Assembly (NCBI GenBank): GCA_036172245.1
Contig: JAYWIR010000011.1
Location: forward strand, 434,001 to 498,000
Reading direction: 5' to 3'
Length of the DNA stretch: 64,000 bases
Source of the DNA: Raillietiella orientalis
Lineage: Eukaryota
The first letter of the stretch is position 1. Every line of letters starts with the position of its first letter. This document shows, piece after piece, positions 47,002 through 59,058 of the stretch. The position numbers and the translations under genes were made by a program. Under the pieces are notes generated by a model. That model had not been told where the DNA came from, searched no databases, and saw only the letters and a list, made by a program, of their open reading frames with translations.

Positions 47002-50000
47002 TGTATGTATGCATGTATGTTGGAGATGGGTACCAAACTTTCACTCTGGAAGTATGAAAAGGAATGAGGTTGAACTTTAGAAATGACGGTAAAGTGCTCG
47101 TTGTGACCGTTTTCCGGGAATTCTGTGTAGGTTTTCAATTAATAAAAAGCACGGCTATCCTGTGGAAAATGGAAAGCAATTTTAGATGTTGTCAATTCGG
47201 AAATCCTCGTGACTTTTGATCTCTGAATTCCTTTCGTACACAACTTTCATTCGTATGCGCCGATTCTCAGAGGCGATGCTCGGTAGGATTCCTGCCGTTT
47301 CCCCTGAATTTCACGTCTGCTGGCACTTTTTGATAGCCTTCAAGCATAGGTCATCGGTTTTGCAACCTGGGTCATGCTGTTCGATTGCATAACTGGAGCA
47401 AAGTATGCGTGTCGAGAGAGCACGCACTCGGTAGTGCAGCATCGGTTACGCGTGCGTCTGACGGCGGCAACCATCTGGGTGTGCCGCCACAAGGGTTGCG
47501 GGCCGTACGTGTGTAGGTGAATCTCTTCCCCCTCCCCCCCCAACCACCACCCAGCCTCTTCTTGCCTGCGTTTCGTGACTCCTCGGAATGATTCGTTCCG
47601 AGGGCGGATTCCTCGTGATTCTGTCCGAGGATAATTCCAGAAATCGGAGCGGCAAACAGGACAGTAAAAAGGGATGAAACCCATCTCCCTGCACGCATGC
47701 CTCTCTGCCGGCGGGGTTTTCTTCCTTCAGCGACCCCGCTTTATGCATTTCTCGGCGTGCACGTGCTGAAGAAATCTCTTGCATCCATCTGCTTGCCTTG
47801 CGAGATTTACGCCGAGCGCCGATCCATATGTTTTTATTTATTCTCAAATTGTTTGTAATGCAGCTTTTTCTTTTACGTTTTTCTTTCTTCCTTTCTCTCG
47901 TGTGTTTTTAATTTTCATTCATTTTTGTTTTTATTAAGAGCCCCACGTATTCATATGTTGTATTTTATGTGGAACGTTTTCAGAAAATTGAGATGTTTTT
48001 TGAATAGGAGAAAAATAAATAGAACGCTAAAAAAAAAAAAAAAAAAAAACTCACACAAATAGAATTTTCTTATCAGAAGCGTAATGGTGGAAGAGCGATC
48101 ACCAAAGTTCTACTGCTGAAATTCGAAACCGTTAACTTATAGATCGTAGAGATCTTGTGGGAGCAAGGCAAAAGTAAGTAGAAATAGTAATTACATGAAA
48201 GAGTAATTACACCTTTGTGAACCGGAAAGAATGATAACCCGCAGAGCAGACCTTCAAACTCATCTGTTTTTAGCATTAGGGATTCTCTCGAAGTACTCGA
48301 GTGGGGTTGGCGTCGCAGCTTTTTTTTCCCGTCTTATCATTTTTTTGTTTGTGCCGAGGGCTTAGCCGAGCGGCGTCGAGTTGGCCGGAAACCCTTCGGT
48401 GCAACTGCGCGGGCTTTTCTCGGTCAGAGGGCGCGAAGCCTGCGCGCGAGGGCAGTTGGCGCACAACGCGTAGGGGGAAGGACTGGGGGCACCCACTGGA
48501 GGCACGAACCCGGTAAGGATGCTGCCGCATCGAAGGCTGCGGGCAGAAGCCGGGAATCCCGGACCCGAGGCGCATCCAGGAAGAGTTTCAAGCATCCAGA
48601 GGTCGCAAGAGCTGGGACGGAGGAAAGAGCACCGCTCCGTCATGCCGGGAGAGCTTGCTTTCGACGTGCTGCACTTGGCTGAAGGCGAAAAGGAAAAGAG
48701 AGAAATCGGGAAAAAGGAGGGCGCGGCCCGACTTGGGTCTCCGAAGCCTTCGGATCGGACGCGTGCACCCGTGGTTCCCGTCCGGTTGACCTCGGGCAGT
48801 CACGTAAATCAGCAGCAGTTGCCATTTCAGGGAAACGGCTCGAGTGCGATCCGAGCGCGTGCTTCTTCGCGGAGCGCTTTTTCGTAGTCAGCTGCGTCGG
48901 TGCTCCCGGTCCCACACAGGTCGCCCCGGCGAAAGATAAGTACTGGAGATGAAAGTTCAGGAGCCGCAAGGCTCGACACCGAGTCCTCGAAAGTAGGGAA
49001 ATCCGCCGAGAGAAGCGTGTCGTGCCCGGACGCTGCACGGAAGGAACGTCGTGGATGGGGGGGAAGGGACCTTCAGCTGGACGTGAAGTGCCGCAAAAGA
49101 AGGCAAAGAGAGAAGCGCGCGCGCATGCGCCCGAGGGAAAAGCGTAGTCGGTTGGTCACCGGAACGAGAGCAGTGGCGCGCCTCGGTGCCATGGCGGAAG
49201 TGCCCATTCTTGCGGACCTACTCTCTCCATTCGCTTGCTTACATGGCATTCGGGCTAACGAAAAAAGCGAAGGCAAAAAAAAAAAAAAAAAATGGAAACC
49301 TGCGGTTGCGCACTGTTGTGTGCCTTTACAGGTTCTTCCCTATTCTTTCTTCCCGGTTCACATCACGTTTGTGGTGGTGTTCCCCCCTTCCTTTCCCCCT
49401 CCCCTAGACAAGAATCCCCCATCCGGAACTGCGTCCCGTCGAAGCCAAAGGATAAACCCAAAATGCGTGATTGCATACTTTCCATCGCCTTACCCAGTGG
49501 ATGCAGACATTTCGCCCGTCCGCATGGGATCCGCCTTCCTCGTTTCTCTGAAGGAAACGATAAGATAAAATGGCGATAGTCCAGATTACAGATAAAAATT
49601 CGAGGATGTGCTCTCGGATAGAACTGCGATTGAGATTCGATCGGCTGCAACGCATTTCTTTTGACATGCTTTCGTTTTAGCAACTGTTTTCTTGGGCAGG
49701 CTCGCTTCGAAACGGGCGTAGGTTCTCCCTTGTGCGTCGTTTCACCCTAGGTCCTTTGCGTGCCCGCAGTGGTCACCCGGGTTTCGTATCAGTAATCAGA
49801 ATACGGGAGCCAGATATCGTTTCGTGACCACTGTCCAGACGGACACGGTGGAGCTTTAGAAGCACGTTTCAGGCTAGGTCATTCGTGGACACCAGCCATC
49901 GGAAAGTTCAAAACATGTCTTGGAACGAATTAATTGTACAGAACAATAAGCTTTTGGTGTTTATGAGTTGAGCTCTGTGTGCATTCACCACCCATTAAGA

Positions 50001-50608
50001 CCGTGAACTTTTCCAGTTTCTCAAGAAACTTGACATAATGGATTATTCACTGCTTGTTGGTATTCACGATTGTGATAAAGGTAACGAAGAATCAGATAGC
50101 GTCGTGGTGTACGAAGTGGAAGACGAGGAAGAGGAATCGGGTGGATCCGAATTGGGATCCCCCAGCTCCAGCCCTGACCAAGGAATGTTCGCCGAGAGTA
50201 GACCCGTTGCTGGGAGCCAAGAAACTCACGAGCCCCTGGGCAGAGGAGCTGGGGAGCCCAGCTTCATAGATCCAGAGATCGATATTTTTGCGATTCCCAG
50301 CCGAGATGGTAGGTGATCCGTTGGAAGGCCGGTGGGCATCGTCTGTCGCATAGGCAGATGCACGTCGCCTACTGCCTTGCTCGTTTACAGTGCTTTCACC
50401 CTGTCTGTTTTTTTTTATAGGTGCCGCCCGCAAGGAAATTTACTTCATGGGCATCATCGACGTGTTAACACATTATGGAGTTAAGAAACAAGCAGCTAAA
50501 ACCGTGAAAACCGTCAAGTATGGTGCCAACGCGGATGGCATTTCCACCGTTCAGCCCGATCAGTATTCGAAGCGGTTCCTGGATTTCATATCCAAGCTTA
50601 TTGAGTAA
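40994..50608 (+). CDS. PIP4K: Phosphatidylinositol-5-phosphate 4-kinase type II, 422 aa; join(40994..41134,41180..41277,41323..41572,43705..44004,50017..50308,50421..50608)
   Basis: Motifs [85 protein letters not shown] (Ala at the type II specificity position) and [17 protein letters not shown]. All junctions are GT-AG and phases close (1269 nt). Confidence 0.97.
44229..44314 (+). repeat. Compound (TG)n(TA)n microsatellite in PIP4K intron 4
   Basis: Read directly from the sequence. Confidence 0.9.
46149..46858 (+). mobile_element. tRNA-headed SINE-like element, copy 1 (in PIP4K intron 4)
   Basis: Head GCCCTCGTCGGAGGCCGTATGGTTACGG (A-box-like) followed by GGGTTCGAATACTCC (B-box). Near-identical to the reverse complement of 60061..60750. 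Confidence 0.8.
46948..47020 (+). repeat. (TA)n(TATG)n microsatellite, possibly the SINE 3' tail
   Basis: Read directly; lies about 90 bp after the end of SINE homology. Confidence 0.85.
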
Positions 50609-50811
50609 TCATTTCAGTGTTTGCAACGTAGATATACATTAAACAAGTTCCCAATGATGGATAAAAAGCGCTTCCTACGCATGAGGCACCGTGTACTCTT
50701 TTTTAATTTGCAAGAAGGAATCCCCTTTCATATCAGATGAGAATGCTGATCTTGGAATACAGTATATACCGTCTTTACTCTGCCCCGATCGTAGGTTTTA
50801 TACAACAACAG

Positions 50812-50817
50812 AATAAA
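50812..50817 (+). promoter_or_regulatory. Candidate poly(A) signal of PIP4K
   Basis: AATAAA about 200 nt after the stop codon. Confidence 0.5.
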
Positions 50818-52477
50818 ACTTTTATAAAAGCCTTCTTCGTAATCTCTGCCGAATGATTGATTGGATTGGCTTAGGTGCAGAGCTCCTGTCATCAGCGTGT
50901 TTCCCAAGCCGTGGAAACCCAGCGCTCTTCTGCAAGAAGAAACCCGTAGTAGCTTGGAGGCTTCTGGATTTCGCGTTTCCCTGGTGATCGCTGGCTTTGC
51001 GCGATGCGGGGGGTTCCCACTCGAAATCGTGGGGTGTTTGCCGGATTAACATCGGATCGGAGACGAGACCGCACCGCAGAATCTTGGGGGCTTTCCGGGG
51101 CCGTTCCCGTGACCCCGGGTTGCTTGCAGCTGACTTCTCGGGTCGTAAACCGACGCTTCGCAGGTGCGTGTTCGCGTCAGCTTCCGTGGGACCAAAGTGA
51201 TTCTTTCAAACGCCTGCGATGTTCGCATTCCAAATAAATGTCGTCATACGTAGTTGAAAACAATTTTTTCCCCTAAAATTATCTTACCACGTGTTTTTGT
51301 TTTGTTTTTTAATCAGAATTGCTTGCAGCCGCTTAATTTATTGTGAAAGCTTATGCATATTCAAAACGGCCTGAACGGTCAATATATTGAATCCGTGAAA
51401 ATTTACCGTGTTACACTATCGATCGTGGTCAGATTGATTTAAGTGTCAACCGCTCCAAAACCTCAGAATTGCAATGGCTGACCACTTCTTGACGCATGAG
51501 GATTTTTCGGATAAAAAGAGAACTCGGCAAGACCAAGCGGTTTGTCAGGAGTACCAACCTCGCCCGCACACGGGAGCTTGCACTTTCCTCGGAATATCAA
51601 AGCTGATCACCTTGCCAATTTGTCGTTGATCCGAACGCCGTAGGAATCACGGGGAGCCAATTCCCAACTGCTATAATAGTGAGTAGAGTGTAAAAGAATG
51701 TTAATTATCGTGGGATCAGCTCCAACTTACGACGAAACATCCTTTCATCAAGATTCTCTAGACTTTATGCCTAAGCTGATCCTACAAACCGATGCACTTT
51801 GCGAGGTGAGTCGTTTTCTCAGCCGAGTCACTTTTGGACGCATACGAAATTTTTTCTGTTTTCATGGAAACCTTTCTTAACCCCCCATTTCGCCCATCTG
51901 GAAAGCGAGTTGCATTGACAAACGGAGGACTGTTCAACATTTGTAAAACGTTAGAAAACGGAAAGAAGACGGAGGCAAGATCATGCCTGCGTAAAACTAT
52001 GCAATGCTGAATTTGTAATATTCAAAGCTGGTTCTCGTTCTTGCGAATGGTTTCACTGTCCAACCACTTAGACAAACTGTAAAAACTCGCTCTTAAACAC
52101 TCGTGCCAAGTAATTCGATGAATCGTGAAAGACGTGCGAAAAGAAGGAAATTCCATCACAAACTCAGTTTTGGTCGTTATTATCTTCATGACAGAAATAC
52201 CAGTTTTGTGAAAGCATATCTAAAAATGCTAAAGCTGATATTCTAATGCATGACAAATGAACTTATTGAATCAAAACGTTGTATTAAAGTGCTACCCAAA
52301 TGTTTCAGACATGCTCAACAAAACTAATAAAAAGATATTTACAATAATGAACTGATTCCAGAGAAATCATAAGGCTAAATCCATGAAAACTCAAAAAATT
52401 CAAATTATTTAAATAAAAACTAGAAACCAAAAGAAAAAAAAAAAAAAAAAAAAAGAAGTGATGATTGACCAATATAT

Positions 52478-54809
52478 TCATTCCAAGTCTTCCTTCCTGA
52501 AACTGGAAATGAGCAGTTCTCCTAATTGGGAATCTTGCCATGGCATGTCCGTAAAAATGCTACCTGAATGGGCCATGAAACAATGTAACACTGAACTCAC
52601 CAACAAAAACATGTGAATTCCACTGCTTATGTGATGCAACCTTACAACATCCCAAATCCTCGATCTCTATACCAAAAAATCTATATCTATCATCTGTATC
52701 CACCAGACTGGAGCTGCAATACTCTCCAAGATATGGCTTTCCTGAAGAAGGATCTATGAGGTCAGCCCAATAAGACACTTGCATCACTTGACTGCAAAAA
52801 GTTGTTGCATTGTCAATAAACTAACAAATCTACTAAAATCAATCAATTTCCTTGAGACATGGCTTACTCTTTTTGTTAAAGACTCTCTTTCTTCTTCAAT
52901 CTGATAGTCCCAATATGACATATCATTTCTAGTTTTGTAGCATAAAACAACTGCAGTCAAAGGACTGTCAGTCAAAACTGCTGCAGGAAACAAATCTGAG
53001 AATTCTACAACACAAGGTTTTCATAATATTTTAAATGGGTCCCCAGTTACATCCTAAAGAATATATGCTAAAATAGAAAGTTGGATTTTGCTGATAGTAA
53101 TTTAACAATAAAATTCACAGATGTAAAAAAAAGGTACATTTGTGAGGTTTAATTATAGTTGCAATTTACCGTTATAACTTCAAATCCTTAATAATACATT
53201 GCGGAATTGCAGGAAAAATCTCCACTGCTAACAAATTATGCAACATTTCAAGCTTTTTGCATAATGGTTGCATTCTAAGTTTTAGATACTTCAAATGCTT
53301 TGATTGAAAATTCTCACTTTTGTAGATTACCATTTAGAAAGCAACTAGTATAATTATTTCAAGTGACTCTTTTTGTGTCGAAAAAGTCTAGAACTTACAA
53401 AATAAACCTGAAAGATTATCTCACTTTTTTTCAGCATGGTGCAATCATGAGCGCTGCATTCGGAATGTTCACATGCATATATTCTTCTTGCTTCTGCATT
53501 TCTTATTTTTTTGCCTGAGAATTTCCAAATGTTTGAATCATTTGACTGGATCTAATTGAACATTTGAATGTGACACTTCAACTTGGGACATAGACTGCAT
53601 ACCTCATCAGATAATTGAAATGTCAAGGGCATTACAACATGAGAAGATGGTACTGCAGGTTTGGATGAACATAATGTTTGTGATAAACAACAAGGCAATT
53701 CTTTAGCTGCACTGGGATTGAAAACGAATGGTCGCTCAAGACAGTATTCTCTGCTATGTAGTAAGGCTGCAAAATAATTTAAGTTTTCATGAATTGCTAA
53801 GAATACACACTGTAACAAACATTTACTGCAATCATTGAGAGCTAATCACAATTATAGAAAACAAGATATAAAAAAGTACAAATAACTTTAACTCTAAAGG
53901 AAACCAAAGTAATCTCCTGACACTTTTCAGCATTTTGAAAGTATGCTGCAAAATTACGTTTCCTGAATTCTTGGTTTGTTTGTTTTCATTTACTTCAAAG
54001 CAAAAGAAACTGCCTGAATATCTGTTTCAAAAATACCATCACTACTCAGAGGGGCACGCGCACCATACTTTGATGGATTGTGAATCACGAGATTGGACAG
54101 TTTCTTACATTCCACTGCAACGTGCGAAACATCAATTCTATTTCTATAACAAAATTAAAATTTTGCAAGTACAGATAAGTAGAATGCATGCCATGGAACC
54201 ATTTCCTTTTTAAAATGTCGACTACAGCGCTATGACCACATTATTGGGTTTTCTATTTTATCCCGCAATACGATATAAATACACGAATGGAACACTTGTT
54301 TCAACACATACGTAACGAAATAAATAATCGCAAACCGCTACTTATTATTTATCCACCCAATGCTGACACAGAAGACTCACTTCCTTTGCTATAAAGTTTT
54401 TGTTATGTACCTGCATCGTTAAAATATTATTTCCTGATTGAGGAAATACACGGAGGCCATACTTCATTCCATTTATTACTTTAATTTCCTAACCTCCGAA
54501 ACCTATACAACTCGGCCTCCAAAACCAAACCAACCGGTTTGAACATTTTCGTTTAGCTTTGGCTTTTCACCGACATACCTCTGGAATTTTTAACGTCTTT
54601 GGATTTCAGGATCTTTCCGGTGCAGTAAGCTCCCGCCTGGTTGGGGACTCGTTTTGAGATCCTAAAAGGCAACACCCTCGGTATCAACTGAAAACACTTT
54701 AAGAATAAACTAGGAGAGAAAGGAAACATAACATGGCGACCACATAATGACAAACTCATGGGCACACTTTTAGGACCCGAAAGTTACTCACATGAACAGA
54801 TTTCACCAT
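52478..54809 (-). CDS. MMADHC: Cobalamin trafficking protein CblD. Confident exons: 53425..53551, 52868..53004, 52601..52820, 52478..52563. Probable: 53603..~53809. Tentative 5' exons: 54792..54809, 54579..54687, 54381..54433
   Basis: Spliced translation: ECSAHDCTMLKKKFSDLFP..VVLCYKTRNDMSYWDYQIEEERESLTKRFIDNATTFCSQVMQVSYWADLIDPSSGKPYLGEYCSSSLVDTDDRYRFFGIEIEDLGCCKVASHKQWNSHVFVGSIFTD. This matches the MMADHC hallmarks NDMxxW, YWADxIDPSSG, DLGCCKV and VGSIFT. The tentative N-terminus MVKSVHLIPRVLPFRISKR looks like a mitochondrial presequence. Confidence 0.93.
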
Positions 54810-54902
54810 GTGCCACGTTCCGTCAGCAGCGTTCGCATCCCGCACACCGCCCGGTCTGCGGCAACAGACCGCAGCACCGTCGCAGCCGTGCGAAATGAAG
54901 AT

Positions 54903-56990
54903 CAGGGGTGCCAACAGAAGTTAATGCAATCCCGCTAGATGGCCTTCAAAAACCCTCGATTCCCCTCACCCCCAAATCTCCCGATTTCAATGCCTAGGAA
55001 TTTATTATTATTATTTATAACATGCTATTAGTATTTGACAAGGGAAAACAATTTTAATATATGACTTACTCAAAATAGCAGGTCCTCGGGATCATCCTTA
55101 CCGAAGAATGCTGCGATTGTCAGGTTCTTGGAGTCTGGTTCCCAGCTTGTCCACTTTCATTTCTGTAGTCATCCAAGGTCCCCATTTCTCTCGAAACCTC
55201 TGATAGCAATTGATAATCCTTGCAGCATTTCTCAACGCGGTCTAGATTTTCACTTATTGTGAGAATCCCATTGACCAAATCCGTTCCCATCCGGTTTCGT
55301 AGTTTTGACTTCACAATGTTCATCAAGCTGAAGATTCTTTCCACTTGAGCATTATGCCATGGAAGAACAGTGAAATGTGTCACCACTTCAATCAACTCTT
55401 GGAAGGGATTGACAACAGATGCGTCTTTATAACTAGCTACTTACTGCAGAATTCAATTGTATTGGCAGTTTTCTACCACTTTACACTTGTTAAATGGTTC
55501 CACTAGATTTCCGCTTTTGCTAACTTGTCTGATGGAATTTGGAGATGCTGCGTTAGTGGTATCAATGGATCTTTGACAACACGAAGAGCACGAAACACAG
55601 AAATTATTGACATTAATCTTAACACCTTTATGTTATCAGGATGTCTTTCTTGAAGCTCATTATGCAACCTAATAAGAAAGATGATGCATCTTTTCATGAA
55701 GTCCCTTTCTTCTTTTTCTGGCAGTTTGAGTAGTTTCTCCTTAACTCCGTGGCCCAGATAGGAACGACAATGGACACAGTCATCAAGATTTTCCGTTAGA
55801 AAGTCCTTCCTGCAGGTTACGCGCACAAACTTTTTGGCCGTGTTCTCCAGCAAACCAGTCAGATCATCCAAGGGCTTGGTTCAATCAACATTCCTTGCCT
55901 CAAATGATTCCTTGCCTTTGATTCAGCATCAAAGGTGTCAAGTTCATCCAATGCCAGAAAAGTAGATTCTACCCTTCCCGACTGATTACTGAAATATAGA
56001 TCAGCAATTCCTAGCATTTTGGTTACACTAATATCGTTAGATTCATCGATTAGAATGCTTAAAGAGCCAGTCCTCATATCATCAGGAAGAAACTTTTCAA
56101 AGTGAGGTGCCAATACGAACTTTATTATAGCAGTACATTTAGAACGATGTAGGTGGACCTTGTTTGCAGTTAGATTATTCAAGAACTTTTGTTTACACAG
56201 TTCTCCGAGATCGTCTATTGTTCTTATGGGTGCGTGACATCCCATGAAGAGAATTAAAGACGCTTCAACTGCGTTTTCAGAGTCTTTGTTCGTTGAAACG
56301 AAAGTATCCAGTTTTCGTGAAGAAGAAAATGTAGCGCTGGCCGACCGATGCTTCTTCGTTTTGCAGTGAGAACGTAGATCACAGTGTTTTGCTGCCAATA
56401 TGCGTTTGCAAAATCTACATTTAGCTTTATCAGTGCTTCCCGAAATTCTGCTGATGCTTTATGGGATTGGGAACCGGCCGGCAAGCGGAAGTCCTCCACA
56501 TGTAAAGCATCTCCTCAGCGTCTCTCCTTTGGAGTACCCTGAGACGTTTCCAAACACCTCGAAGGGCGTCGCAGTCCAGGAGCAGGTGAAGGATCGTTTC
56601 CGCTTTTCCGCACCAGGCACAGTTCCAGGACACTTTCCTCTTCGTTCAGTGATGCCCTCGCTGAATGCTCTGGGGAAGTCCCAGTGCACGGGAAGCCATG
56701 CGCTACCACTTGAGGCGAGGTATGGAGCTGTCTGGAAATGAGGAGAGGACGACGAGACCCGAGGCTGTAATCTCCAGATATTCCTCCCAGGATAGCAACC
56801 CTTAAAGCGGTAACTGGGTGCTACCGAGTCCGCCGAATGACCCGACGACCGCTCGCTCAGGATCTTCACTGCTCCAGCTAGATCTCGCGTCCCTGCCACC
56901 GCTGCGGGACGCGAGATCTCCCGCACTGCAGGCTATCTATTGTCGCCTCTCTTCCGTGTCTCTCTTTTGGTTACGTCTGCAGCAAACCTG
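54903..56990 (-). mobile_element. Defective hAT-superfamily DNA transposon (transposase pseudogene 55120..~56435)
   Basis: Zn-finger CRFC..HCKTKKH, LHRSKCT, SILIDESNDIS (first catalytic D) and dimerisation motif LPWHNAQVERIFSLMNIVKSKLRNRM. It has an internal deletion, frameshifts and stops. Terminus CAGGGGTGCCAAC at 54903; the other end (GCAGCAAACCTG to 56990) is only weakly similar. Confidence 0.85.
56440..56700 (-). mobile_element. Non-LTR retrotransposon 3' fragment (CCHC zinc knuckle) interrupting the hAT 5' region
   Basis: CAWCGKAETILHLLLDCDALRGVW matches the CxxC-ETxxH-xxxxC motif of the L1/Tx1 ORF2 C-terminus. Confidence 0.75.
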
Positions 56991-57739
56991 ATGTAGCCAG
57001 AGATTCAATTTCTCAGAATGAAACTGGCGGTCAAGCATTGGTCCACCCCCTGGTGCCTCCCTGCACGCTTCCTCTCCAAGAGGGGTCGCACCTTTCCTCG
57101 TCTACGGCCACCGAGGCTTTCCCCGATGTGGGTATCAGCTTCGGCAGTTGGTTGCTTTGGCGCAGGACCATGACTGGATCTTCTGCTAAGTACCCAAGAA
57201 CCATTCGCCTGGCGACTGATGAAGTTCTCTAACCCTTTGGGTGTGAAACTCATCAGATTGAAACGTTCCGTGTTGGCACGCGAGTCTTTTTCGCGTGCTG
57301 CGTGCTCCGTCGAGGTACCAACTGACTTCATAAAGCGCTGATTAAAGTTACTGTTGTAATTGTTTATTTACGCCAAAGTAAATGAAATATTTTCATTTTC
57401 CCAAACATATATTATTTATTTAAAAATTATAACTATAATTCGAAAAAATCAATACAATAATTCATTCACATTTTCAAGATATCACAAAGATAAAAAACAA
57501 TATAATGAATTCTATGCGACACCGAGAAAAAACGATCAGCCGGTATAAATAGAATTTTGTTTACTGTCGTTGCTAAGATAACGATAAGAACGCAAGTGTA
57601 TGCTTCCATCTCACAAATGGATAGTGTTAACTTATGTCGCGTGTACAAGATAAAAACGTTTGCCAAAGCATAAATGTGTCCGTAGCATTCAAAAGATTAA
57701 CATTGTTCCATGCACCCGAGGGTGCATTTAGCAACTCTT

Positions 57740-58302
57740 CAACTGAGGGAATAACCCGGGAAGGGAGCACCCTGTGAATCCAGGAAGGACTCCGGAGAAA
57801 GGAGTCTGCTCCTCTCACGCTTGGGAGGGAAACCCAAAGGGAACCCTCGCCCTGAATGTCCCAGAAAAGAACCTATTCCTTATTCTTTCCGGAGGGAGCT
57901 CCCGGAGGGGACTGCTCCATTGTTTCTTCTCTGAAGAGGATCCCGAGGGGATCCGCTCCTGGGATTTCTTCTCCGGGGGGAACCCACAAGGGAACTGCTG
58001 TTGTTTTTTACTCTCTGAAGAGATCCCCGGAGGGATGCTTCCCGATTTTCTCTGCAGGAAGCTCCCCGAAGGGAGCAGGGCGCCTCTTGGACACTTTGGA
58101 GAGGTTTCAATCCACCAATTCTACTGACTCCTTGATTCTGATTCCTGGAAGGACCCGGAGGGTCCATTTTCAACTCCACCGCTCATCAGGGGCATGCAGT
58201 TTTTCAGTTTCCTTCAGTGCTGCACGTGAATACAGGCCAACCAGCGTTATCCTGAAGGCAAAATTCGAACTCAGGACACACCCATTTCTGTGGCGTCGAT
58301 CC
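57740..58302 (-). mobile_element. Diverged, head-less copy of the SINE family
   Basis: Shares TGAATCCAGGAAGGACTC, TTCCTGGAAGGACCCGGAG, GGCCAACCAGCG and the ~40-nt subrepeats with 60061..60750. Confidence 0.7.
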
Positions 58303-59058
58303 TTTATTTTCACCCGGTCACCCCAGGGCGTTTATTGTAAAAAAATATTTACAAAAAAAGAAGTCATATTCAAGATAAAAATGCCTCTTTCTTTGTGGTG
58401 GTTTCACATCACCATTACGAAGGGAGATGCCTCGGAGGAGCTGCTTCTCGTGAGCAGCACCCCCAATGGGGCCCGCGCAGGAAAAGTGGGGGAAGGGTTA
58501 AACAAAAACAAAAAAAAAGCAAAAAAGTTCAGCTTAAAAAAATATGTTGGGGGAGGGGAGAAGGAAAAAGATCACAGATTTCTTCCTGGCGTCCTCAGCA
58601 TCCTCTGGAGGATGTTGGTAACTTCTTTTCTTGGCAGAAATGTGGCCGTCTCGTGTCTTTTCTCACGATGGAGCAGGCGATTGGGATGACTCCACCTTTC
58701 GACTGGCCTCTTTCGGCACGGATTCTCGCCGCCACAATCTCACGGAAGCAGCACTTTGATCTTGGCCAAAAGGCCGAGAAGCGATCCAGCACGGAGCTGC
58801 CAGGGAAGCTGCAGGAGACATCGAGGCGCGCGCGAAGGGGCGCTGCGAAACCTCCCTGCCGTTGTCTATCGGGAGTAGGAGGTCCGCAGAGACGCGTTCT
58901 TAGACGCTCAGGAGGGCAACACAGCAATCCAGTCTGGGGCCGCACTCCCCCTCGTCCCGTGGTGGACTCGCGCGTTACATGGGATCTGCGATGCCGAGTC
59001 CCGCCACTTCACGAGAAGCGTGGAGTTGTCCACAAACACTGAAGGAATTTCTACGTCT

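Noticed and set aside
51698..51880. Small + strand ORF with a GAG|GTGAGT donor between the convergent genes
   Set aside because: No homology or partner exon could be identified.
52784..52867. Apparent frameshift between two MMADHC ORFs (pseudogene or recoding)
   Set aside because: Resolved by a canonical 47-nt GTAAGC..TTAG intron at 52821..52867.
57740..58085. Repeat-spacer pattern reminiscent of CRISPR
   Set aside because: The repeats are highly degenerate, linkers are short, no cas genes are present, the context is eukaryotic, and it is part of a dispersed SINE body.
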